Below are positions 11,817 through 22,497 of a DNA stretch of 64,000 nt, one piece after another; the first letter of the stretch is position 1, and every line of letters begins with the position of its first letter. The stretch is from Nannocystis bainbridge (GTDB taxonomy: Bacteria > Myxococcota_A > Polyangia > Nannocystales > Nannocystaceae). The stretch spans positions 1,216,001 to 1,280,000 of the forward strand of contig NZ_JAQNDL010000003.1 in NCBI RefSeq assembly GCF_028368995.1, written 5' to 3'. Position numbers and translations under genes: made by a program. The notes under the pieces were generated by a model that saw only the letters and a list, made by a program, of their open reading frames with translations, was not told the DNA's origin and did no database searches.

Positions 11817-13367
11817 TCACGGCGAATCGCAGTAGCCCGGCGGCGGTTGCGGCGGGTCGCCCTCCTGGCCGTAGACGAATCGGTGGAACAGCGCCCGCAC
11901 CGGTCCACCTTCGAACCTGCACTCGAGGGAGCGCTCGAATTGTTCGGTCGTCACCGCCTGGCCCGTGTTCGCCGCAAAAAACTCGCGCAGGTGCGCGCGC
12001 AGCTCGGGGAGCCCGACCTCGTTCGCAAGCGTGGTGAGCAGCGACGGCCCGAGCTTGTACGATTCGAGCGGCGTGTCGCGCGACCACAGGTTGTCCGTGG
12101 CGAGGGTGAACGGCGGAGCCTCCAGCGCCAGCGGATCGGCCTCGAACGCCTCCTCGATGGCCCACGTCGTCCAGGACTCGTCGAACCACGCGTCGCGCTG
12201 GCCCAGCGGGCGAGCCGAGCGACCGATCCAGCTGTGGAACACCTCGTGCGAGACGGCGGCCCACGTCGTCACCGTGCCGCCCGGATACTCCATGGCAGCC
12301 TCGCCGGGCGGGGCCACGACCGCGAGGAAGCGATCGCCGTGCGGATAGGGGCCGAGCTCGTCGGCCGCGAATTGCAGCGCCGGCGCCAGCGCGTCAGCCA
12401 CCGCGCTCGCCTCGTCGGTCGCGCCGGGCCACAGCGTGCAGTGCCAGACCAGCGCCTCGATCGCGCCGACGTCAAGCGCCTCGCGCATGACGCTGGCGGT
12501 CGGGCACAGCTGCACCAGCGGGTCCATGCTCGTGATCGCGGGGAAATTCACCGCCCAGCGATCGTCGGCGAGCGCGGTCACCGGCGCGTTGGCGACCACC
12601 TCGTGCGGCGTGTCGCTGTCGACGACGATCTCGAGCTCGAGCGCGTGCACGTCGTATATCAGGTTGGCGGGCACCCACTTCTCGCTGAAGCGACCGCCGA
12701 AATAATCGGCGAGGTGAGTGCCCCATCCGACGGTGTCGCCCGCCCACACGAACGGCCGCGGATCGGCCTCGAACGCCGCCTCCACGTGGTACTCGAGCTC
12801 GAGCCGGTGCTCGCCGCACGGCTCCAGCATGCGGTTGACGACCAGCATCGTCGTCTGCGACGGCGGCATGAACGGGACGATCGCGCCGGCCGGCAGCTCG
12901 ACCCCGTCGAGCACGGCGCGATCGATCGACTGCCGCAGATCGAAGGTCGGCAGGCCGCGCAGCGGTCCGCTGCGAAACTCGAGCGTCGCCCGCCCGAGCA
13001 CCTCCTGCGCCGCCGGGTCGAAGCGCAGCTCGGCCGCGACCTTCACGACGTCGATCGGCACGACCCGCACGTCCGCGACCTCGACCGGGGGCGGCGCGCC
13101 AGGCAGCGCCTCGCAGCTCGGCGGCGGCTCGCCCGTGGTGTCGCCGTCGCTGCCGGTCGTCGGAGGCTCGCCGGTGGTCGGAGGCTCGCCGGTGGTCGTT
13201 CCGGGCTCGGAGGTTGTGGTGGTCCCGCTGGTCCCCGTCGTCGCCGACGCCTCGGTGTCGGTGACCGCGAGCTCGTCCTGGCACGCGCTCGCCAGCAACG
13301 CGGTGGCACATGCAACCGCGCGGAGGGCTGGCGGTCGCGGGGCATGGGTCGCGGGGACGATCGGCAC
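11817..13367 (-). CDS. M1/gluzincin-like zinc metallopeptidase lipoprotein
   Basis: AAMEY (GAMEN-like), HEVFH followed by WFDES; LASAC lipobox; Thr-rich linker. Start uncertain. Confidence 0.85.
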   Translation of the reverse strand: MPIVPATHAPRPPALRAVACATALLASACQDELAVTDTEASATTGTSGTTTTSEPGTTTGEPPTTGEPPTTGSDGDTTGEPPPSCEALPGAPPPVEVADVRVVPIDVVKVAAELRFDPAAQEVLGRATLEFRSGPLRGLPTFDLRQSIDRAVLDGVELPAGAIVPFMPPSQTTMLVVNRMLEPCGEHRLELEYHVEAAFEADPRPFVWAGDTVGWGTHLADYFGGRFSEKWVPANLIYDVHALELEIVVDSDTPHEVVANAPVTALADDRWAVNFPAITSMDPLVQLCPTASVMREALDVGAIEALVWHCTLWPGATDEASAVADALAPALQFAADELGPYPHGDRFLAVVAPPGEAAMEYPGGTVTTWAAVSHEVFHSWIGRSARPLGQRDAWFDESWTTWAIEEAFEADPLALEAPPFTLATDNLWSRDTPLESYKLGPSLLTTLANEVGLPELRAHLREFFAANTGQAVTTEQFERSLECRFEGGPVRALFHRFVYGQEGDPPQPPPGYCDSP

Positions 13368-13708
13368 GCCGCGATCTTCCCCGATCGCGGACGGCTTGTC
13401 GCCGCGCGCTTCGGCGCCGCTCGTGTTCGCGCCGGCCCTCTTTCCATCCGAGGATGTGTCACGAATCATGATTCGCCGCATCGCCATGATTCCCCGTCGG
13501 CGGCGAGCGACGTGGTAGGCACGACAGAGTCGCCTGAATCTCGCCGTCGGTGTCCAGGCTGCTGCCGTCATGGCCGCGGGTGCCACCTTGCCAGAAGCCG
13601 CGTCGGAGTCTCGTCGTCCTGCGCGGTCATGTCGGCCGCGACGGGTGGAGAGCACGTCGACCGGCCGTGCTTCGCTACATGGCCTTTAGACCATGTGACG
13701 GGATTCGT

Positions 13709-16700
13709 TCAGACGTTGAAGTCGATCGCGGCGCCGCAATCCGGGCAGACGTAATTGATCACCCCGGCGACGACCTGGGCGTCGTTGGCCGCGTCCCAGC
13801 ACAGCGCGACGTGACCGGCGGGGCTGACCGCATCGTGCTGATCGTGGTGCCCCGCGTGCACCACGTTGGCCGCCGCGCGGGCGCACACGTTGCGTCGCGC
13901 GGTCCAGCCCTTGGCCTCGTAGAGCGCGATCGCGGGCGGATGGGCGTGCCCGTAGGACGCGAGGTTGTCCGAGCGATACGCGTGCTTGCCCGTCGCGGTG
14001 ACCCCGTAGGAGTAGGCGATCCGCGACCCGGCCGGGAGCCCATGGACGGCGGACGCGTGGGCCCCGGTGCCCGCGAGCACCGCATCCACGCCGAGGGTGA
14101 CCGCCTCGGCGTCGGCGCCCGCGGTCCAGGCGGCGACTCCCTCGGCCGTCCAGCGGGCCGCGTGGACGAGGCAGGTGGCGAGGTTCGGCTGGGCGGCGAA
14201 GCCGGCCGCGGGCCTGTGGGTCAGCGCGGTCGTGACCTCTGCGGCCCGCAGCGGGACGCCTGCGGCCGTCGCCTCGGCCCCGACACCGGCCGCCGCACCC
14301 ACCCCGAGCACCGCCGCACCGGCGATCGCCCCGGCGACCGCCGCATAAGGGAGATACGTGGCCGGCATCCCGTGCGTCACGGCGGCCACGGCGGCGGCGG
14401 CGGCGTTGGCTGTGTTGAGCGCGTCGGCGAGCCCCGCCACTTGCATGACGCCGGCCGCGACCGTCGCCGCATAATTGATACCGCCGGCCTGGCCCACGCA
14501 CCCTCGGGTCTCCTGGGCGACTCGAGGCCCGTTCACGCCGCCCCCGCCGGCCGCGGCCAGCAAGTTCGTCGCGGCGGTGTACACCGCGGCCAGCGGCAAC
14601 GGCGGCGGGCTGGTCTTGGTCAGCCCGAACACGATCAGCATCGACACCGCGACCGCGCGGGCGCCCGTGCCCGCGGCGACGCCCCGAGCCGCCGCGTACG
14701 CCGCGGCCGCGGTCGACAGCGCGATCAGGTCGGCGGTCTGTGCGTCGAAGAGAATGTCTCCGCCGTGACCGGCGGCGTCGGCGGCGACGATCGCAGCGGC
14801 AGCCGCGGCGGCGACGTGGTCGGCCAGCGTGACCGTGGCGCCCGGCGGGGCCGCGTTGCCATGGGCGGCCGCGCAGGCGATGGTGATCGTCCGCTCGAGG
14901 GCGAGGTTCGCCAAATGGGCGTGGTGCGCGGCCACGGCCGCCGCCGAGCCGGGCGCCCACGGGATCCGGACGCGGTCGAGGTAGACGCCGGTCTCGATGA
15001 ACGAGCCGTGGTGCATCGCCCCGAGCCCGACGATCACCGGCGGCTGCACGGCGGCGCAGCTCGGGATCACGTCGAAGTTGGCGTCGCCGGTCAGCAAGAT
15101 GTACCGCTCGCCGAGGTCAATCGGCGCCGCGCCGGCCCGGACCTGGGGGATGTCGCCGGCCCCGGGCGCGGCCCGCAGGCCGCCGACGACCGCCTGCGGC
15201 CAGCAGTCCTGGGAGTCCTGGTCGGGCACGAAGCCGCCGGCGACGCAGTGAGCGACGTGATCCTCGGCCAGGCCGAGGTGATCGGCCATGTATCCGGCGA
15301 AGGCCGCGACCGTGAGCTCGCGGCGCGCTCGCTGGCGCCCGGTCAGCTGATTGGGCAGGTTGTTCAGCGAGTTGTTGGCGCTCGCCGCCGCCTCCAGCGT
15401 CGCCAGGTCCGGCAGCATCGCCGCGCCAGCCAGCGCCACCGCGACGGCCTCGACGGCGAGGCACGCGGCGGAGGCCGCCTGGGCGTCGGTGAGGTGGCTG
15501 CCGAACAGCGACGCGCGCAGGGCGGCGGCGACGCGCGCACAGCGAGCGGTCCGGGGCGCAGTGATCGCGTGACCGAGGTTGTTGAGCTCGCGGCGAGCCC
15601 CGGAGTGACGGCGAGGACGACGGCCGCGGGATCGGGCACCGGCGCGCCGCCGGCGACCTGCGCCACGGCGTCGGCCTCCGCCTGGGTGGCCACCAGCGTG
15701 CAATTGACGGCGGTCAAGCCATTGCCGAAGCGACTGTTGGCCAGCACCGACGCGAGGCAGCGCGCGACGGTCCCGGCGCCCGCGTTGGCGACGGCCGCTC
15801 GCGCCCGCACGGCGAAGGCCGAGGCCGCCGCCGCGACCAGCGCCCCCGGGGGTCCCGCGACCGACCACGGCTGGCCCCCCGGCGTGTCGGGGTTGGCGTT
15901 GCGATCCTTGCAGCACACGTAGACCGCGAGGCCCGAGGAGTTGCGGTCGGGGCCCGCCGGCGCGCCCTGACAGCGCTCGACGAAGCCCCACGGGAAGGCC
16001 ATGTGGCTGGGGTGCCCTGCGGCCCACGTGTAGACCTGTCCGCCCGCGCGCTTGACCTTCCCGGTCACGCAGGTGCCGATATTGCCGGTCCCCTGCCGCG
16101 GCACGATCCAGGTCGCCCGGTAGCACTCGGGGATCTTGGCGTGGAGCATGTAATGGTCTTGATCCCAGTGCGAGAGGATCACGTAGGGATCGTGGCAGAA
16201 GCACAATCGCGGCAGTTCGTCGGGGCCGTCGCCGCGGACCGAGTGGCCGAAATCATAGTAGGCGAGCACCCGCCAATTGGAGTCGACGATCATGTTGCAG
16301 TTGCCCTGCCCGACGTCGACGAGGCCGATGAACGCCTGCTGGCCGCCGCCGACCATCGGGTTGGCCTGACCGGCCGCCGCCATCGGGGCCGCCTTCGGGC
16401 TGCCGACGTAGGCGCGCAGGCGCATCCGCGGGACCTCGTCGTCGTCGGACCCGCCGCCGAGGATGAAGCCGCCTGCGCCGGCGAACGCCGGCACCGGGTG
16501 CAGCCACGGGTGCTCGGCCAGCGACTCGAGCCAGCGGCGCGCCCGCTCGCGCAGGTCGTGGTACGCCTGGCGAAACAAGCCCCAGCCGCCGCCCCCGCCG
16601 CCCCCGCCGAACGTGGGCGGCTCCTCGTCGACGGGCTCCTCCTCGAACTCGATCTCGTCGCCCTCGGGCGCCGGAAAATGCAGCGCCTGGATCACCCCCT

Positions 16701-17361
16701 GCCACGGCTCGGGCAGCACGCGCAGCTGGCGGATCTGCATCGGCTCCGGCGGCGCGATGAACGGCTCGTGGTCGAACAGGCGCACCAGCGTCCCGTAGGC
16801 GTCGTCCCAGTCGTTCGCGTCCTCGGGCGGCCAGATCGTCAGCTCCAGCCACTGCCCGACCTCCGGCACGGCCTCGAGCGTGCGGGCGTCGACGCGCGCC
16901 TCGAACAGACTGTGGACCGGGAGCGAGCTGGTGCCGTCGATGCTGCGATCGACGAACCACCGGCGCACCGCCCCGAGCGCGTAGCGTTGCTCGACGGTGC
17001 CGTGTTCGAACGCGGTCGCGAACGGTCGCCCGGCGAGGAACCCCGCGAGGATCCCCTCCCCGGACAACGTCGGCAGGTTCGCGGTCTCCTCGAGGTCCGA
17101 CAGGTCGAAGTCCGTGGTCTGCAGCTCGGCGTACACCTCCTCCATCCAGCGCTTGTCCAGGCACTCGACCTTGAGGAACCACGGCCCGCCGGGCGGGCCC
17201 TCGAGGTCGCTGACGAACCCGAGCAGGCGCTCCTGGCGGCGGAGGCGATTGATCAGCGCCCCGCGGGCCGCGGCGCGGCGCTCGGCGGCGAGCCGGAAGC
17301 GGCGCTCCCGGGCCTCGGCGAGCCAGCCGCGGGGGTCCTTGGGCGATCGGCGGTCTACCAT
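13709..17361 (-). pseudogene. Large ComEC/Rec2-like MBL-fold metallohydrolase with Ala-rich insertions, frameshifted near 15590 (real or assembly error)
   Basis: 5' frame has DVGQGNCN, YYDFG, ILSHWDQDH, WIVPRQ and RNSSGL. 3' frame has LLTGDA, HHGS, IAYSYG and YGHAHP. One added base gives a single ~1217-aa ORF. Confidence 0.75.
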
Positions 17362-17363
17362 CT

Positions 17364-18047
17364 TCACGATCCGTGGGCCTCGACGAGCGCGGCGGCGGTG
17401 GCGACATCGAGCTCGCCGCTGACGGGCAGGCCGAGCGCGCGCTGGAAGGCGATCAGCGCGTTCGTGAACGCCTCCTCGCGCCGATCGTGGGCGTCGAGCA
17501 GCTCGAGGTTGACGAGCCGCGCGCGCGCCCCCGCGAGGCTCGACGAGGGGCCGAGGCGCCCGAGCTCGAGCTCGTAGATCTCGGGCTCCGGCGCGAACAG
17601 CTGCTCGCGCCCAGGGTCGACGGTCAGCAGCCCGCGGCGGGCGTCGGCGGGGATCCAGTGCTCCAGATAGCCGTGCTCGTCGGTGGTCCCGCGCAGCTCG
17701 ACCCCCGCGACCTCGAGCAAGTAGTCGACCTTGGCCCGCGGACCTCGCTCGTCCTCGAGGCAGATCCGGAGGCGCTCGGGCACCCCGCGGCGGCGAAACA
17801 CGTGCCGGCGGTCGGTCTCGCAGGCGACCTGGCGCTCCCGCTTGAGCGGCAGCGCGACCCGGTCGCCGGGCAGCAGCAAGTACGGGCTCTCGCGCCCGGC
17901 CGCGAGCTCGGCGTTGTCGCGGTGGGCCCACAGCGTCTGCCAGAAGAACCCCTCGCGCTCGGCGATCGACGCCAGGCACTCGCCCGGCTCGACGACGCGT
18001 CGCCCTGTCCCCAGCGGCGCCCCTGCCGCTCCCTTCCCCCCGCTCAC
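17364..18047 (-). CDS. LysM-like plus C-terminal peptidoglycan-binding domain protein
   Basis: VVEPGECLASIAEREGFFWQTLW..N.EL...R.SPYLLLPGD (LysM-like) and AFQRALGLPVSGELDVAT (PG_binding_1-like). The stop is 2 bp from the MBL gene ATG. Confidence 0.85.
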   Translation of the reverse strand: MSGGKGAAGAPLGTGRRVVEPGECLASIAEREGFFWQTLWAHRDNAELAAGRESPYLLLPGDRVALPLKRERQVACETDRRHVFRRRGVPERLRICLEDERGPRAKVDYLLEVAGVELRGTTDEHGYLEHWIPADARRGLLTVDPGREQLFAPEPEIYELELGRLGPSSSLAGARARLVNLELLDAHDRREEAFTNALIAFQRALGLPVSGELDVATAAALVEAHGS

Positions 18048-18366
18048 CCGGTCATCGTGCCAAGCACGCCCGCGGGCAACAAGCCGGCTCGCCCCGACTC
18101 GAGAACGCGCACGCAGGCGCAGCCTCGGTCGCAGTCGCACCCAGGATTCGCGGTGCTCGGGCCGCGACTCACGACGCGTCGCTGCCGATCACCGGCAGGA
18201 TGGAAGCACGCGGTCCTCGACCTGCATCGACCTGGGCCTCGACGCGGCGAGCAGGACACCCGCGGAGCTCAGAGACCTCGCGGACGCGCTGCCACGCCCG
18301 CTGCGCGTCGCGTCCTCCCCGCAGACATCATGAGAATCCGGGACGAGGCGGACGGCGCTCCCGTGC

Positions 18367-18660
18367 TCAAGCGTGCGATCGGTGATACGTCGTCAGCAAC
18401 ACGCCCGCGACCAGGCGGACCGCGTCGCGCGGGCCTCTGGGCGAGATCGTGCTGCAGAGGCGCACGAGCGAGGGTCGGTCGAGCGCCTCGATCCAGGCGC
18501 GTGCCATCGCGCCGAGCTGGACGCGGTCGCTGGTCGGGGCGCATTCGAGGGCGGCGACGGTGACGTTGGCCACCGCCAGCTCCGTGAGCTCGGCGAGTTC
18601 GGCGGGCGTGTCGCAGGCAAGGGCGACAGCGTTCGCTTGAGACGTGTGAAAGGACGCCAT
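18367..18660 (-). CDS. Hypothetical small protein
   Basis: 97-aa ORF MASFHTSQANAVALAC.. with GAAGG upstream; no recognisable motif. Confidence 0.4.
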   Translation of the reverse strand: MASFHTSQANAVALACDTPAELAELTELAVANVTVAALECAPTSDRVQLGAMARAWIEALDRPSLVRLCSTISPRGPRDAVRLVAGVLLTTYHRSHA

Positions 18661-18946
18661 AGGCCCGCCTTCTTGGGCGCGAAGCCGCCGGCCGCCAGAA
18701 ACACCGCTTCGTTCGCGTCTGGAGGGACCGCGAGCGAAATCGCGCGCATCGGCCGCCGCTTTCGGCGCAAGGTGCGTACTTTTTCCGGGGTCTTCCCCCG
18801 CCCCGACGACGAGGGCCGCGGCCCGCAGCCGCAGCCTTTTTACGGCCATCGCTGCGGCACTCGCGGGAGCCCGGGTCTCGCCTCCGTCGCACCCACTTCG
18901 AGCCGCTCGAGCAGCACGACGACTCGTCCTGGTCCGCGATACCCGT

Positions 18947-18969
18947 GACATGTCCCAAAGCGCATGTCA
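18947..18969. repeat. 14-bp-phased palindromic site
   Basis: GACA-TGTCC-caaa-GCGCA-TGTCA. Confidence 0.6.
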
Positions 18970-19192
18970 TGCCAATCCATTTCTCAGGACCCCACCGCAC
19001 TGACGCCCTCACGGCGCGTCACCGAGGCGGGCCATCCGCGTGCCCACCGCGGGCGACGCGCCGATCAAACCGCGTCGCCATCGCCGTCTTGCAGCCCCCG
19101 GCCAGCGCCGAACTCCCGGACCTCGACCGACAGCTCGTGCCGCCGCCACCCCGCGGAACTACGAAAGCCGCTAGACTGCGGGCGTGTCGCCC

Positions 19193-19423
19193 GTGCATCC
19201 GACCCTCATCCCGCGACGGATCTGCGAGTTCGCGCGCGACGCCGCCGGCGAATGGATCGTCCACCTCGAATGTGGGCACCGTCGCCACGTCCGCCACCGC
19301 CCCCCGCTCTCCAACTATCCGTGGCTGGCCGACCCGGCGGAGCGAGCGGCCCGGATCGGCGCCGAGATCGAGTGTGAGCGCTGCGCTCGCGGCGAGCCGC
19401 CGGACGAGCCACCTCGCTCGTGA
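19193..19423 (+). CDS. DUF3565-like small Zn-binding protein
   Basis: GEWIVHLECGHRRHVRHRPP...PW...R...IG..IECERC. Confidence 0.8.
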   Translation: MHPTLIPRRICEFARDAAGEWIVHLECGHRRHVRHRPPLSNYPWLADPAERAARIGAEIECERCARGEPPDEPPRS

Positions 19424-19539
19424 AGCATGCCCGCCATTCGGCTCGCCGACGCTCGCAGCCGCGTCCCCGAACTCGATTTCGTCGTCCGCGTCGTCCAAGC
19501 GCGCATCGGCGACCTCATGTGCGGCGGCACGCCGGCCTC

Positions 19540-19562
19540 GACATGTCCCGAAGGACATGTCC
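19540..19562. repeat. 14-bp palindromic site
   Basis: GACA-TGTCC-cgaa-GGACA-TGTCC, upstream of the two-component operon. Confidence 0.8.
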
Positions 19563-19745
19563 ATCCGCGGCTCCAGAGCGCCCCACCGACTCACGCCTGC
19601 CCGCCGCGCAGCGGGCTGAGCCGTGCAGGACGCCGTCCGCCCACTGCATCGAGCATACGCCCGCCCGTCATCACATTTGCATACCCGCGCCGGCGGGCCC
19701 GGTGATTTGACAGTTCGGACCGCCTCGGCAATGTTCCTTGGGGCC

Positions 19746-20504
19746 ATGCCCGAGCGCGCGCGGATCCTCGTGGTGGACGATGACCCCTGGCTGGTCAAGC
19801 TGATCTGCACCGCCCTCGGCCAGCGCTACGAGTGCATCGGCGCCGCTGACGGCATCGAGGGCCTCGCCAAGGCGCTGGTCCGGCCGCCCAAGCTCATCGT
19901 CTCCGACGTGATGATGCCGCGGATGAGCGGGTGGGAGCTGGTCAAGCAGGTGCGCAGTCACAGCCAGCTCGCGTTCGTGCCATTCATCTTCCTGACCGCG
20001 CTCGGCTCCGAAGACGACCGCCTGTACGGGTTTCGCCTCGGCGCCGACGAGTACCTGCCCAAGCCGATCGACATCGCCGAGCTCGGGCAGCGGGTCGACC
20101 ACGTGCTGCAGCGGCTGGCCCAGCTCGAGCAGGCCGCGCGCGACCGGGTCCGCAAGGCCCCGCCGAAGGGCGCCCCCGGGCTCCGCGGCGACCTCGATCA
20201 GCTCGGCCTCTCGTCGCTGCTGGTGATGCTGGAGATGGAGCGCAAGAGCGGCCTGCTGGGGGTCACGCGCGACGCCCCGGCGGAGCGGGTGCGCATCTAC
20301 CTCATCGAGGGCCGCATCGTCGCCGCCCAGGCCGACGACGGCCAGGCCCGCAACGCCGACGCCGTTTATCACGTGCTCGGGTGGAAGCACGGGCACTTCG
20401 AGTTCAACGCGTTCCTCGTCGAGATGCGCGACGAGGTCGAGATGTCGACGACCGGCCTGCTGCTCGAGGGGGCGCGCCGGATCGACGAGGCGGCGCGCGC
20501 ATGA
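19746..20504 (+). CDS. Response regulator with C-terminal DUF4388/PATAN-like domain
   Basis: ILVVDDD, SDVMMPRMSG, FLTA and YLPKP; C-terminal LRGDLDQLGLSSLLVMLEMERKSG...WKHGHFEF...LLLEGARRIDE. Confidence 0.9.
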   Translation: MPERARILVVDDDPWLVKLICTALGQRYECIGAADGIEGLAKALVRPPKLIVSDVMMPRMSGWELVKQVRSHSQLAFVPFIFLTALGSEDDRLYGFRLGADEYLPKPIDIAELGQRVDHVLQRLAQLEQAARDRVRKAPPKGAPGLRGDLDQLGLSSLLVMLEMERKSGLLGVTRDAPAERVRIYLIEGRIVAAQADDGQARNADAVYHVLGWKHGHFEFNAFLVEMRDEVEMSTTGLLLEGARRIDEAARA

Positions 20505-20899
20505 GCGCCCCGGAGATCCGCAAGGTCCTGCTGGTCGACGACGAGCCGGACATCCGGCGGATCGGCCAACTCAGCCTCGAGCGAGTCGGGCGCTGGCAGG
20601 TCGTGCTCGCGTCCAGCGGCGCCGAGGCGCTGACCCTCGCCGCCAGCGAGCGCCCCGACGTCATCCTGCTCGACGTGATGATGCCGGTCGACGATGGCCC
20701 GACCACCCTCGCGCGCCTGCGCCAGCAGCCGAGCACCGCCGACATCCCGGTGGTCTTCATGACCGCCAAGGTGCTCGCGCCCGAGGCCCGGCGCTGGCGC
20801 GAGCTCGGCGCGGCCGGCACGATCCCCAAACCGTTCGACCCGATGACGCTGCCCGACGACATCCGCCGCGTGCTCGCGGCCGCGGAGGAGGGCCCGTGA
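20501..20899 (+). CDS. Single-domain response regulator (CheY-like)
   Basis: LLVDDEPD, LLDVMMP, FMTAK and IPKPFDP; ATGA overlap with the upstream gene. Confidence 0.92.
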   Translation: MSAPEIRKVLLVDDEPDIRRIGQLSLERVGRWQVVLASSGAEALTLAASERPDVILLDVMMPVDDGPTTLARLRQQPSTADIPVVFMTAKVLAPEARRWRELGAAGTIPKPFDPMTLPDDIRRVLAAAEEGP

Positions 20900-22497
20900 T
20901 CGTCGCTCCGCCGCACCCGCGCGAGGAGGCGCGCCTGCACGCGCTCGCGGATGCGCAGCTGCTCGACACCCCGCCCGAGGCCATGTTCGACGACGTCGTC
21001 CGCCTCGCCTCGTACATCTGCGAGGTCCCGATCGCCCTCATCTCGCTCGTCGACCGCGACCGCCAGTGGTTCAAGGCCCGCGTCGGCATCGACGCCGACG
21101 AGAGCTCGCGCGACGTCGCCTTCTGCGCCCACGCGATCCTCGACGACTCCGGCATGATGCAGGTCGAGGACGCGCGCGACGACCCGCGCTTCGCCGACAA
21201 CCCGTTCGTCACCGGCGAGCCGTGGGTGCGCTTCTACGCCGGCGTACCGCTGACGATCGGCGACGACGACCTGCCGATCGGCACGCTGTGCGCGATCGAT
21301 CGCAAGCCGCGGCGGCTGACCCCCGAGCAGACCGAGGCGATGCACGCGCTCGCGCGCCAGGTCGTGCGCAACCTCGAGATCGGCAAGGCGGCGCGGCGCA
21401 CGGTCGCGCTCAACGACGAGCTGCAGCGCGCCGCGACGGCCCAGCAGGCCAGCGAGGCCCGGCTGCGCGCGCTCGTGGTCGCCAACCCCGACGGCATGCT
21501 CCGCGTCGCCCGCGACGGCACCGTGCTCGACCGCAAGGTCGCGCGCGACCGGGCCATCATGCCCGACCCCCAGCACATGCTCGGCCGCCACGTCGCCGAC
21601 TGCCTGCCGCCCCGGCTCGCGCGCCTGTTCGTGCAGCAGCTCGAGCGCACGCTCGCCAGCGGCGCGGTGCATACCCTGGAGATCCAGGAGCTGGTCGACG
21701 GCCAGCCGTGCGACAAGGAGCTGCGGTTCGTCGCCAGCGGCCCCGACGAGGCGCTGGCGCTGATCCGCGACGTCACCGAGCGCAAGCTCGGCGAGCGGGC
21801 CAAGGACGCGTTCATCGCCACCGTCTCGCACGAGCTGCGCACCCCGGTGACTTCGATCCGCGGCTCGCTCAGCCTGCTCGAGCACGGCATGGTCGGCCCG
21901 CTGCCGGAGGAGGCGCTCGAGATGGTACGGATCTCCCGCACCAACACCGAGCGGCTGCTGCTGGTCATCAACGACATCCTCGACCTCGAGAAGCTGTCCG
22001 CCGGGCAGCTCGACCTGTCGCTGCGGCCGGTCGAGCCGGCGCGGGTGATGAAGACCGCCGCCGAGTCGATCCGCGGCATGGCGGCCCAGGCCGGCGTCGA
22101 GGTCGTCGTCGGCGACTGCGCCGGCGCCCCGGTGCTCGCCGACGAGGCCCGGGTGATCCAGGTGCTCAACAACCTGCTCTCGAACGCGATCAAGTTCTCG
22201 CCCCGCGGCGCCCGCGTCGACCTGTCCGCAGAGCCAGGTGCGTGCGGCCGCCTCCGCCTGTGCGTCACCGACCGCGGCCCCGGCATCGCCCCCGAGCACC
22301 ACGCCCGCGTGTTCGAGCGCTTCCACCAGGTCGACGCCTCCGACAGCCGCGAGCGCGGCGGCACCGGCCTCGGCCTGGCGATCGTCAAGAGCATCGTCGA
22401 GGAGCACGGCGGCGTCGTCGGCCTCGACAGCGCGCCCGGGCGCGGCAGCAAGTTCTGGTTCGAGCTGCCGTGCGCCGGCGCAGCGGTGAAGCCGTGA
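20896..22497 (+). CDS. GAF-PAS sensor histidine kinase
   Basis: GAF (RQWFKA..FCAHAI..RFYAGVPL), PAS-like region, SHELRTP, NLLSNAIKFS, DRGPGI and GGTGLGL. Confidence 0.95.
   Translation: MIVAPPHPREEARLHALADAQLLDTPPEAMFDDVVRLASYICEVPIALISLVDRDRQWFKARVGIDADESSRDVAFCAHAILDDSGMMQVEDARDDPRFADNPFVTGEPWVRFYAGVPLTIGDDDLPIGTLCAIDRKPRRLTPEQTEAMHALARQVVRNLEIGKAARRTVALNDELQRAATAQQASEARLRALVVANPDGMLRVARDGTVLDRKVARDRAIMPDPQHMLGRHVADCLPPRLARLFVQQLERTLASGAVHTLEIQELVDGQPCDKELRFVASGPDEALALIRDVTERKLGERAKDAFIATVSHELRTPVTSIRGSLSLLEHGMVGPLPEEALEMVRISRTNTERLLLVINDILDLEKLSAGQLDLSLRPVEPARVMKTAAESIRGMAAQAGVEVVVGDCAGAPVLADEARVIQVLNNLLSNAIKFSPRGARVDLSAEPGACGRLRLCVTDRGPGIAPEHHARVFERFHQVDASDSRERGGTGLGLAIVKSIVEEHGGVVGLDSAPGRGSKFWFELPCAGAAVKP

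Noticed and set aside
15364-15590. C-terminus of the 871-aa ORF as real protein
   Set aside because: It becomes low-complexity, off-frame sequence after about 15590, and the remaining MBL motifs continue in the other frame.
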